A program made the position numbers and the translations under genes. From Zygophlyctis sp. KS116 (taxonomy: Eukaryota; Fungi; Chytridiomycota), in assembly GCA_054661495.1 (NCBI GenBank), contig BAAFSQ010000091.1, positions 1 through 32,000 on the forward strand: a stretch of DNA of 32,000 nucleotides. The letters are read 5' to 3'. Positions 11,214 through 21,834 of this stretch are shown here, piece after piece (position 1 is the stretch's first letter; each line of letters begins with the position of its first letter). The notes below the pieces were generated by a model. It worked only from the letters and a program-made list of their open reading frames with translations. It had not been told where the DNA came from and did no database searches.

Positions 11214-12228
11214 ATGTATACGCTTCTTTCCGTTGATTGGGATACAAAGTCTGAAGAGTTGAGATGGACAATGGACAAAATGGGCATAAAATATCTTGAG
11301 ATTCCTTCACTCCCGCGACTGACTCTAGAATATTCAGTTTTCCCGATATTGATAAAAGATGATCAAGTTTATACCGATACTAGTAAAGCAACTGTATTTT
11401 TATACGCATCAAACTTATTTTCATGTCCATGGAGAAGCTATGCTTACCCGGAAGCTATAGACTTGCAAGAGTATTTTGATAATGTGCTGTTTAACGCCGG
11501 GAAGGGAATTTTTTATGATGTAGTGCTCTCGGACACGAGATTGTTTAGAAAATTCATTACAAATGCTGGACATTTTGAATCAGATCGTATACTCTGTAAT
11601 GCATTCTGGCCAATCATTTATCTATATTTTATCTTGAAAACAATGCGTTTTGATAAAAATCAAGCAATAAGTGATGCAACAGAAGCATTTACAAAGGCTG
11701 AAAGATGTCTTGCAAAATCATCCTTTTTATGTGGTCCTCAAATATCAGCAGCCGATATTTCTTTTGTGTCTCATGCCATGATGCTCGTGTGGCCTACGGC
11801 TGATGATGTTTGGGCTGAAAATTGTTCTTTGGAAATGCCATCGTTGAAGCAAATACCAATGGAATGGAAAACAGTAATTCAGAAATTTAGAAAAACAAAA
11901 GCTGGGATATGGGCAATCAAGTGTACTATTGTTTAATCATTTTAATTTCTTAGGCATGTCCGAAAGAAGTCATGGAAGTAAAAGTCTGCCTTCAAAATAT
12001 TCAGCTTCAAACTACCCTGCTTGGGCTAGATCAAATTTCATAAGGAAATATTCTCAATGGTTTACGCATTGTATATTACTTATATCAATTATACCGTTTG
12101 TAATTCTATCCTTTTTTGATGCATTAATGATAAATGTAATCATAGCAAGTGCATTTGCCGGGCCAGTTCTATTTTCAATCATGAGAAGGAGAAAATGGGT
12201 TCAAAATTTACAAAATTTAAAGATTTAA
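11214..12228 (+). CDS. Glutathione S-transferase-like protein with C-terminal transmembrane segments; one 31-nt intron
   Basis: GST-N-like SEELRWTMDKMGI..E and FPIL..D; GST-C motif FLCGPQISAADISF; hydrophobic C-terminal exon. Confidence 0.7.
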
Positions 12229-12234
12229 GTATAT

Positions 12235-15200
12235 TCACAATAAGAATTTCAAGTCCAAAAGAGATTTACGTGAAAGGTTAACAGATCCATAATATTTTCT
12301 GATCAGTCGAATTAAAAGATCACAAAAATACACAATTATTCCTGATTTAATGGCGCTATTCAAGGCTATATCAAAAAGTCCAAAGAGCGTAATATAGAGT
12401 ACTAAGAGATGCCATTCTAGCCCATAAAGCAATAAGCTTTTAAATCCAGTTTCATCCCCAAAAAATACGAGGCCCTGAGACATGTCCGGATTAGCTCCCC
12501 AAACTTTTTCAAAATACGTTTTTTCCTTTATAACATAAAGAAATTCCTTTAAATTCTAATAAATAAGTAATGGTACACCATACCTTTTCCAGCATTGAGC
12601 ACAAGAATTTATTAATCGTCTGATAAGCTTTAATGCTGCTTTCAGATGCAGCTTGAGTGGCATTTAGCGATTTCGAAGACCTTCGTAACATATTTAAATT
12701 TCTTGGAGTTTGCTATTTATAAGTAAATACAAAAGATACCAAAGTTTTCACAGCTGAATAAATCTTATCAAAGGTACTTCTGAAGGCTGATGTGGTGTAA
12801 ATCTCAAAGCCTTGTTGTGTTGTATCCAACAGTCCACGCTTGGGAACAAGATCTTCCTATGCATATAAGTTATTCAATTAAACCTCTTCCTTTTTTAAAT
12901 GATGATTTAATTCGTCCATATTTACATCTGCACATCCATGCACTGATCTTCCATGAATATAATATCCATGACATGCTTCATCAAACACCAAAACACTTAT
13001 ATTTGCTAGAGAAACTAAATCCACAAATTGCAAGAGACTATTTCTATATAAGCGATCAGTAATTATGGTTTTGAAGATGAGCTATTTAGTTAATTGAGCA
13101 CTTATTGTACCTGAATGAATAAAATAAAGATCCAAACCAAACTATTAACAGCAAACAGAAGGATGGGGTTCAATTCTACAGATCCAAGGTTATAAATGGA
13201 AGTCTGAGTGCTTGCTGCATATCTCCATTTAAGCCCATCTAGACAAGCAATAACACAAATAATTGTCAATTCAATGCTTAATCTTCTCTTAGTCTAAACC
13301 ATTGAATATCTAAATTTCCTCACCTGCAGAGCATTCCATTGATTAGCCATAAATATGCTTCGCCAGACACTTACGGAAGCTTGTGTCGGCTTTTCATTTT
13401 GAGATGAAACTAGTTTTCCCTTTGAACGCTCCCAGTCAATTACGAAAATATCAATAGATGATTGTTTCATTATTGTACTACCGATATGAATAATCTAAAA
13501 TATTATTTTTAAAAAAGTTACTTGGCATCCGATTATCACAAATAATGCGAGCTGCAGTACTTGTAGCTGATCTGGTGCGTTTGGAATTACCAAGTATAAA
13601 ACTTTTTGTGCCTTATAAAATATAAACCAATACATGGTGGCAGCAAATGTCAGCCAGTAAATTGCTATCCCGACGATACCAGTTAAATAGAGAATTATAC
13701 GACCCAAAAACTACCGATCAATCCCGACAGAATATATACCTTGAGATCGGCCGAATCTCTCACACCTAAATTACGCTGCCCATACATTCTAGCCTGATTA
13801 AACGCAAGAAGAAGGCCAAGTACACAAATGACCACAAAAATGATCTTAAGATCAAACCAAAATTCAGATATGGCCATTGAATAAGTCATTTGGAATGCAA
13901 ACTAACCATTAATTTTGATTATTTATGTACTTTTGGACTAGAGTAAATTGTAGAATCCGTTGATGAGATGGCTGCTGTCTCACGTTCGGTATACTCAATA
14001 TCCATAATTGGGACAAAGATTTTCCCAGTCCCAGATTCACTTACTGTCACCCTTTAACTATTAATAGATTTATAGCGTACCAAAAACTTATCTTACTTGG
14101 AATTCGAAATGCTTCCAATTTGTTGACCCGTCTTCCACTCAAGACATCAAAGGTAAAAAATCGACGAAATAGCTGATTATTGGAATAATCATACGGATTT
14201 GAATTATCGTTTACTTTTCCTCCTTCAGTTGATCTGTAATTTTTTACACGCACAGGGACATCATACAGAGCCCCCGTAGAGTCAACAATATCTTTTCTGT
14301 TTAATGGCTCGAAAAAACTTACAAATATCATAAAAATACATTGTCGATGAATCTGACTGTAGAAAATTAGCCATATTAATCGAACACGATAATTGATAAT
14401 CCACACCTGCAGATCTCCAACTATCCTTTAATTCCAAATCACCATCACAAAACTTAATTTAGCAGCATCTTTAGTACCTGTAAATCAGTAGTTAAATTTT
14501 GAAGTCCAAGAAAACTGCCTTGGAAATCATAAACTGCAAGTACAAATGGCAATTTAGAAAAAAACGATCCTGGAGTTACATCTAGAGCTAAATTTGGCAC
14601 TTTAGCAGCAATAGTCTGTGCATTTTCCCTAGAGAGCAAACCATAATAAAGCCATGGCATATTCGAAGGCCTAACTAATTACCAAACCATCAATACCTAT
14701 CATAGAGCGACGCTGATAGGAGTGGTCTATTTTTTGCTATATTTATGTATGCACTACAAGCCACAGAACTCTTATCATACATTTGTAAAACACAAAGATT
14801 GCCCAATTGCTGACAAAATGTAATATTATTTGCTTGACATTCTACAATTGCAGTATAAACATTCTCTGAAAAAATATCAGAATCAAAAGTAGATGTTGTA
14901 CTTGCTCCAGTCGATGAAACCAAATCCAAATACTTAACTTTGAATGGATTTGTAGGATATTGGCTCTGAGCAGCAGTGAAAGATGGTCCATCTAAACAAA
15001 TATTACTATGCTAGCTGTTTTAAATGATAATTGATTCTTACTAAAATAGCATCCAATCCACCCCCAGTAACACATTGACAGGAATAAACTCCTCCTGATT
15101 CTATTGCAAAGGTATTCGACTGATCCGGACATGTCAGACAAGTATATCCATCCTTGCTCGGATAAGAATTTATCGGACATGCTACACAAGTCCCAGTACT

Positions 15201-15613
15201 TAGTGCATTGCCTGTAGAATTTCTATCCTCTATCATTAACCATTAATAACTTACGAAATATTTCCCCTTTACTACAAGCACAAACTGTACCAAAAGAAGT
15301 TATCGTTGTATTTCCCGGACATCCTAAACAAAATGTTCTATCAATGGATGAAACCTATATTTTCAGACATGATTATTACTTTCCCCAAAGGACATGGAAT
15401 GCAATCACTGCCACTTTTAATATATCCACTTGCGCATTTACACGTATTGGTATTTGGTATTGCGTTTGCTGGACAATCAGAGCAAGACATGCTAGTTAAA
15501 TCATAGTATTTAGTTACGCAATCTATGAGTTTGGGTTTTGAGAGGAACATATTAGTCGATGCATGAATGGTTGTTAATACTGTTATTAAACAATAGAGAT
15601 AATAGAGCATCAT
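12235..15613 (-). CDS. TMEM67: Meckelin (ciliary transition-zone protein), many short introns
   Basis: Signal peptide, Cys-rich ectodomain, CQQLGNLCVL, RRFFTFD, DIFVIDWERSKG, SVWRSIFMANQWNALQ, GYYIHGRSVHG and C-terminal NLSRKSLLDLKFLL. Confidence 0.95.
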
Positions 15614-15635
15614 TTTCTCCTTTGCGCGTTGAAAA

Positions 15636-16171
15636 ATGGAATTTGCGTTTCCACCAGGATTCGGAAACAAGACTCTACCATTGGTATTTTCCCTAGATCA
15701 TGTATTAATCAATAGAAAAATCAAGAATTAGATCAATCAGCAACTACTCAACTTAAACTAAAAAAGGCCTGGGATGTTGCACTTGGTGGAATCAAATCTA
15801 TTCCAATGAATGCCTTTATGTTGTGGATGTCTGGTAACTCTGTACAAATCTTTTCAATACTGATTACATCAATGCTACTATATAATCCAATCAAGAGTAT
15901 TCTTCAAGTAAATGAACTATTTGATAAATTTGAAGATGAAGATTCAAAGACTGTAGATTTATCTACTGATAATGGAATGAGTACTTTATTAGGAATGTCT
16001 AATCCTTTTTTACTACCAAAGATTGCATTTGTAGCAGTACAATTTCTATCTTTAGGATTGGGAATTTGGAAATGTGGATCCATGGGACTTTTACCCACTT
16101 CTGCATCTGATTGGTTAGCTTTTATGGAACCTAAAGTGCCACTAGAATTTAGTTTTGGTGCTTTACAATAA
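15636..16171 (+). CDS. EMC4: ER membrane protein complex subunit 4; intron 15684-15715
   Basis: LKKAWDVALG..KSIPMNAFMLWMSGNSVQIFSI and KCGSMGLLPTSASDWLAF. Confidence 0.93.
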
Positions 16172-16264
16172 AAGTCTGGAGAAATCATCACTGACGGATA
16201 TAGTATCATTAGTAATGACAAATCTCCATAAATCTCAAATCAATCTTGAAAAACTAAAAATTGT

Positions 16265-16843
16265 TTATAAAGATTCCATGACTAACTCTAGTGTTTCATC
16301 AGACTCTAAAACCTTTAAACCTGCTTGCAAAACTAGCATTTCTACTTTAGAAATCTTTTCCAAGGCTTCTGGTGTTTTACCAAGTCCTCTCTTGTCTAGA
16401 GTAGACATCATATCAGTAAACTCACTGTTGGGATAAGTAATAAAAGATTACCTTTTAGAGTGACCAAACTTTTTCTTCATTGCGTTTTTAGCTAATTCAG
16501 GATGCATTGCAAAAACAGTCAAATTCAAGTATCCCAAATCCATAAGTTTGATTGCCTTGAATGCAGTATTCATCTTGTTCATTTTAGAACTTTTAGAACC
16601 AGAATCGGACATTAGAGAAACTGATTCAGCCATGACTTTGACACAGACTCCTGGAAAATCAGCTCGAACTGATTTGATTGCAGCAATTGCACTATTTCGA
16701 TCATCTACACTAACTTTTGGGAATGATCTGACTGCATTCTTCATTTCAGAGACTACATTGTCAGTAATCAATAATGCAGTATTCTCAAAGACTGTAGCAG
16801 AGATCAGGGAGACAAAAACAAGAGAAATTAGAGATTTGAACAT
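16265..16843 (-). CDS. Small secreted helical protein, paralog A; phase-2 intron 16425-16451
   Basis: Signal peptide. The ORF stop lies inside a GTAA donor. Exon 2 encodes ...LDKRGLG...VLQAGLKVLESDETLELVMESL*. Confidence 0.8.
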
Positions 16844-16964
16844 TTTCTAAAGCAAATTTTTCAAGAAAATTTTTTAATCACTTTTAGGGCTTTGTAATTG
16901 CTACTGAAATGGGTTAGTAAATTCTAAATTCTAAATTTTCTATTTTATCAAATATAATATGTAA

Positions 16965-18371
16965 TTAAATCAAACAGCTATTACATTCAACTTGCATCCC
17001 CAAACTTTGAGCGTAAGAAGAAATCTGTTTCTCAAGATTCCATAAAAAATCATCTGCTTGATCATTAGAAATAGAAAATCCCCTAAAATGGCTCATAGTA
17101 TCCAGCTTTAGTTCAGTCTTGCTCTGTTTCATTTTTCTATAATCGTCTAGAAATTGAACACGGCCAGATGTTCCCATTTCTTCTCTCGTAGTATAAGACT
17201 TGCCTAGAACAATCTTTACTGCATCACATATACCATCTGCAGAAACCTTTACTTGAATATTGGAAAATAATTGATAATCTTCATGCACTAAACCAGAATT
17301 TTTGACCAAAACACCAGAATTATTATTTAGAAATTCATTCATCGGACCAAAATCAGTAGTTATTAGCATTGCTCCCATTCCCCTAGCTTCATTAATATAA
17401 TGTCCGAATCCTTCTCTTACTGAAGGACATATGTGTATCCCATTCTCCCATTGTGTTCTTCTTAATTCAGAAATATTAAGAAAATAATGATAACGAATGT
17501 TGGGTAATTCAACAACTTCATTTTTTCCAATAATTGTTAGTAGTGGAAAATCTGGATGATTTTTCCAGCATTCAATCAGTTCAATTGTAGATTTTAGTCC
17601 ACTATGGCCATTTGCATGGAAGAATCTTCCAAAATTCCTTTTGCCAGGAAATTCCAATTGGTAAAGTGGATCGGGCGTAGAATGAAAAGTTCTGACAATA
17701 GGAATATTTAAATCTTTTTCCTCCAAGTATTTCTTGAGAATTGTAAAAGTCTTTTGAGTTTTAGCAAGAAATTTTGATGTCTTTGAAATGAACTTTTCTT
17801 GCTTTATAGCAACCTGCTCTATATTTGGCATCCAGAAATTTCTTGCTCCACTTTCAAATTGAATCCAGATTGGATATTCACCATGCAAAAAGGTTGAATT
17901 CGGACATTTTTTTACCTTTTCAGCATGAATTGCTTCATTAAACTGAGGATTTAATCTTGCCCCAGAATAATAAACAAATAGAATAAAATCAGAGCAATGT
18001 CCCATAGAACGACCTCCTTGAGATGTTGAAATTTCCAATGGGTAACAAGTATCCAAATAAAATTCTTCTGATTTTTCCCATGCAAAATGCCCCCATTTCG
18101 TAATTGTGTATGGATAACCTTGTGCATCCCCTTTTGTGCAAAGTTCTAAAAGTCTCTCTAGATCTGCTTGTTCCTTTCTGTGCTCAGTTTGATTCAAATT
18201 ACTTGAATCGAATAATGTCCGAAAATCACTCTCAAACTTTGCCACTGCTGTAGTATTCTGAATAAAGTACTGTTCTAATGGCACAAAAAAAATGAAAATA
18301 ATCGAAAGACTGAGAATGGAAAAAATGGTAAATGCAATAAGTCGGAATGAATAGAATCGCCTACAGCCCAT
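16965..18371 (-). CDS. Type II membrane GT-B glycosyltransferase (GT4-like), intronless
   Basis: N-terminal TM anchor; HICPSVREGFGHYINEARGMGA..ITTD..PMNE carries the EX7E motif of retaining GT-B enzymes. Confidence 0.85.
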   Translation of the reverse strand: MGCRRFYSFRLIAFTIFSILSLSIIFIFFVPLEQYFIQNTTAVAKFESDFRTLFDSSNLNQTEHRKEQADLERLLELCTKGDAQGYPYTITKWGHFAWEKSEEFYLDTCYPLEISTSQGGRSMGHCSDFILFVYYSGARLNPQFNEAIHAEKVKKCPNSTFLHGEYPIWIQFESGARNFWMPNIEQVAIKQEKFISKTSKFLAKTQKTFTILKKYLEEKDLNIPIVRTFHSTPDPLYQLEFPGKRNFGRFFHANGHSGLKSTIELIECWKNHPDFPLLTIIGKNEVVELPNIRYHYFLNISELRRTQWENGIHICPSVREGFGHYINEARGMGAMLITTDFGPMNEFLNNNSGVLVKNSGLVHEDYQLFSNIQVKVSADGICDAVKIVLGKSYTTREEMGTSGRVQFLDDYRKMKQSKTELKLDTMSHFRGFSISNDQADDFLWNLEKQISSYAQSLGMQVECNSCLI

Positions 18372-18482
18372 AAAGAAAATTACTAAACCCTAGCACAAAG
18401 AATTTTCATCCCGCAGCACTTTACGGTTTAATTGTCAAAAATAGAAACTAATGATTTTTTAAAAAAATTGAGATTCCTGAAA

Positions 18483-19041
18483 TCAAAAGACTGACAAAAC
18501 CAATCCAAATGTCTCATCGCTTTCCAAAACAGATAAGCCAGAAACTAAAACATCAATTTGAACGGGCGAAATTTCAGGCTTCTTTCTGAAAAATGATCTT
18601 TTCTTGAGAGTCGTGACAAACTCTGATAAATCTCTAAGAATTAATAGAAAAAAATTACCGCTTGGCTATTTTCTTTCGAGATCCTGTTTCAAACCCTGAA
18701 GATATAGTCAAATTAGCTAATACAATTTCCAGAAATTGAATTACCCCAATAGTTGCACTCATTAATGAAATTTGAGTTGTAGATCCAGATCTGTTAAAAG
18801 CATAAACAGCTTCTGATAACCCTGCCGAACAGTAAAATCCAAATTTATCATGAACAAATTTAATAGACTTTTGTGCAGCTACAATCTCATTTTCAGTATG
18901 ATTTTGAAATTTTCTGATTGAAAGTGTCATATTTCTTACGACATTTGTAGAGATTTGATTAGACACTTCAATTATAGATGAAGACGGTGAGATTGCTAGA
19001 GAATAAGCAATAAAGAAAATTGAGAGCACAGACTTGAACAT
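18483..19041 (-). CDS. Small secreted helical protein, paralog B; phase-2 intron 18634-18658
   Basis: Starts MFKSVLSIFF, like paralog A. Exon 2 encodes ...LKKRSFF...VLVSGLSVLESDETFGLVLSVF*. Confidence 0.8.
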
Positions 19042-19140
19042 TTTTGAATGATTGAGCAAATTTGCAATTGTTTCAGTTTTTTCATTCAAATAAAAATTTT
19101 CCAGATGTAGAAATCCAAGTAAAACAATTGATTCGATCTA

Positions 19141-19641
19141 TTAAACAAAGAGCGATATAACCAAATCATGACTACGTTTACATTTTATAACCTTGAAACC
19201 ATTTTCTATGACGTGACCAAGATAATTAGTGTCTGCAAGAGAGTTATTTTTTGCATGATGAAAAGTTCTAAAAATTAATAAAGTAAATTACAGATTATTT
19301 TGATTGCGATAAACAGAAAAGATTGCAGCAATACAAATGTTTTTAAAGCCTCGTCCAATCTTTGTCAAAACCCTTGTCACAGATTTGTCTAGAGGTATTT
19401 TTGTGTTGTATTCAGTTTGAGCTCTAGTCAACTCTTTTACACAATATTGCTTAAAATGAGTTTTGACAGCCAACATTGCATTTGACGAAGCATCTCTATC
19501 AAACTGATAATTTTGAGGAATCTTATCAATAGACATCTTCATTACATTCAAAACATTACTAGTAATTTGAGATGAAATGTTTCTAACAGAGGATGCCAAT
19601 GCATTTGAAAGCATAATATAAAACAATAAAGTAGAAAACAT
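19141..19641 (-). CDS. Small secreted helical protein, paralog C; phase-2 intron 19268-19291
   Basis: Signal peptide; QITSNV..MK and F..YC are shared with A and B. Exon 2 encodes ...VIENGFKVIKCKRSHDLVISLFV*. Confidence 0.75.
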
Positions 19642-19848
19642 GACAAATTAGCAATGAAAATTTGTTTAAATTGATTTTGTGTGTTGGTGCTCTTTGAGAT
19701 TTGCGATCGACACTTTGCATTTGGAAGCGATGGGCGAGCAAGTGATATTTAATATCTCAGTATCTGATGGCAATTTGGAGCAATCTTTTTCCATTGAATT
19801 CTAATTTTGACGGCGCTCTGTGAACATTTTCTCTTCAAAACTAAAAAA

Positions 19849-20784
19849 ATGTCAAAAAAGCTCTGGGTTGCATATGAGGCGCTTGCAAAGAGATTTGGTC
19901 CTACAAGAGTCTCTATTGATGGATGCTCTGATGTCGCTCACTTTAAAGGTATCATTGAGAATATAACTAATTTTCTAGATGAAATTAAAAAAAAGTTTGA
20001 AATCAGTGGGCCTGCATCACATTTTTCTCTTTACAAATCTGATGCAACTACTGAAATTGATGTGCGGGACTCTACTACTTTATTAGCCGATGGAAACTCA
20101 AGCAAGAATCCTCTCAATGTTAAACCTGTGGTCTCCTCTCAAGTCTCCAATCTTCAAAACAGTTCTTGCTCAAAAGTTTCCATGGTTATGCGCTCCACCA
20201 TGACGACTAAGGAAAAAGAATCTATCTTGAAGGATATTTTTGAAGTACAATCCAAAGAACGAGAAGTACAATCGAAAGACCGAAAAGTACAATCCTTAGA
20301 ACGAATAGTACACTATAAAGATCAAACACTACAAACCCAAGATCGTTTACTTGAATTATTGAAAAGGGAAATCAAACGCATCGAAGCAGAGCGTGACTTT
20401 TTAAAGGGAACGCTGGATGCTCGTCATATCTTTGAAACTTACGAATTGCGATTCCTGAACCCGTATCCACAATGCCCAAAGCTTCCAAGAACGGAAAAGT
20501 GGAAGAAGCATCTTGTCTTGAACCCAAAAATCCGGGAAAAGCTTGAAAAATGTGACAAAAACATACTTTGGCATGATAAAGCGGCGGAAATTTATGACGA
20601 GTTATGCAGAAGCCGTCAACATCGAACCATAGACATTGGAAATGGAAAATATATCGTGGTGATTGAAACATCACTTTCTAAAACTTCGTCTTGGTTTTTA
20701 AAGGTGCTAGCAAACGAATTATATGGGGAAAATGTTTCAGTTCAAAAAGAGATATTCGTTGAACCTGCTTATGAAACGGAATAA
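19849..20784 (+). CDS. Crinkler (CRN)-like protein: ubiquitin-like N-terminal domain, coiled coil and unknown C-terminal domain; probable in-frame intron 19949-19978
   Basis: KLWVAY...PTRVSIDGCSDVAHFK(D)EIKKK...GNSSKNPLNVK resembles chytrid CRN-like N-termini. Heptad repeats follow. Confidence 0.65.
   Translation: MSKKLWVAYEALAKRFGPTRVSIDGCSDVAHFKGIIENITNFLDEIKKKFEISGPASHFSLYKSDATTEIDVRDSTTLLADGNSSKNPLNVKPVVSSQVSNLQNSSCSKVSMVMRSTMTTKEKESILKDIFEVQSKEREVQSKDRKVQSLERIVHYKDQTLQTQDRLLELLKREIKRIEAERDFLKGTLDARHIFETYELRFLNPYPQCPKLPRTEKWKKHLVLNPKIREKLEKCDKNILWHDKAAEIYDELCRSRQHRTIDIGNGKYIVVIETSLSKTSSWFLKVLANELYGENVSVQKEIFVEPAYETE
20242..20345 (+). repeat. Degenerate 21-bp coding repeat (about 5 units; heptads EVQSKER-like)
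   Basis: gaagtacaatccaaagaacga / gaagtacaatcgaaagaccga / aaagtacaatccttagaacga and further decayed units. Confidence 0.75.
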
Positions 20785-21144
20785 TCTTAACTAGCTGAAA
20801 AATGAGAGCAAATATATCGACTCCTATCTATAATATTGTTTTCTTGTTGACCATATATAGTTTGAGAATTCAATCTGTTTCTGAGAGAGTTGCTTTAGTT
20901 CTAGTTGAACATTTTTATCAAACGATGAAAATGGCCATCAACTTCCAGTGGCCCAAGGTAAATATTGTTTAAAAGTGGTAAAGACCTGGAAAAAGGTTGA
21001 TAGAGCAGTTGTTTTGGCCTACGGAAACCGAATTGACAGGCTTTTTTGATGATGAATCGGACATGGATAAATCGGACCATTTTCATGACACGGATAATAA
21101 TATTGGCGCAATCAATGGTTTAAAAAATTTATTATAATCTTTAT

Positions 21145-21615
21145 TTAGGAATTAAAGACTGATTCTGTCACAAACTTGTACAGATCCAACTGTAACTTTT
21201 GTCTATTTTTAATAAATCATTAATTACAGTATCGGTATTCTAAAACTTAGTGATTCTGAAGAATAATTATCTACATTTTCTATCCAATTTTGAATCTCTT
21301 CCAAATTATAATTTCCAGTAAATGTGTACACAGTGTGATTTTTGACCCTAAGCGTTGAATATGAAACCCTTACAATTTGAGACTTGGAAGATATCGTAAA
21401 TTAAGGAATGCAGAAAGAAGAGTGTTATCAAATGGTTTTACATAATGAATATCTGAAATTGGCAATTTTAAAGTTTCATTTCCATCTTGTACATAAAATA
21501 AATTTGTTTCTAAATAGAGGTTGGAAATGTTAAAAGTCCTAGAACCAGGGAAAATATTTTCATGTATACAGGCATTACATAAGCTCAAGAAAAGTATCCA
21601 AAAGAGTGATTTCAT
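21145..21615 (-). CDS. Small secreted/ER protein, possibly a degenerate thioredoxin-like fold; 3 exons
   Basis: Signal peptide. Spliced LRYLPSLKLVKNHTVYTFTGNYNLEEIQNWI resembles the thioredoxin C-terminal half. No CxxC motif. Confidence 0.5.
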
Positions 21616-21834
21616 TCAACCCTACTCAGCAATTAAAGGCTAGGTTTTAATCTGAACGTGATCTTCCGTTCCAATTCGTTGATGAGAGCGGCGTTTACCA
21701 CACTGATGTACAATAGAGTCTGCGACTCATTGAGTTTTAAGATTTTCTAAAGTGTCTTGAATCATGATCAATTTTGACAAAGTTTCAAATCCGTTCGAGT
21801 CATTGTGAGGGTCTGGCTCAGGTTTTACAAGGGA

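Noticed and set aside
21620-21760. Possible snoRNA/U3-like RNA (GATGA…CTGA) in the MetRS upstream region
   Set aside because: The box motifs are incomplete and I see no terminal stem or U3 box A. It is more simply a bidirectional promoter.
21764-21821. Possible 17-nt intron (GTGAGGGTCTGGCTCAG) adding an in-frame upstream exon to MetRS
   Set aside because: It is in frame but GC-rich, lacks the branch motif and is far below the observed size range. There is no conservation evidence, so RNA-seq would be needed.
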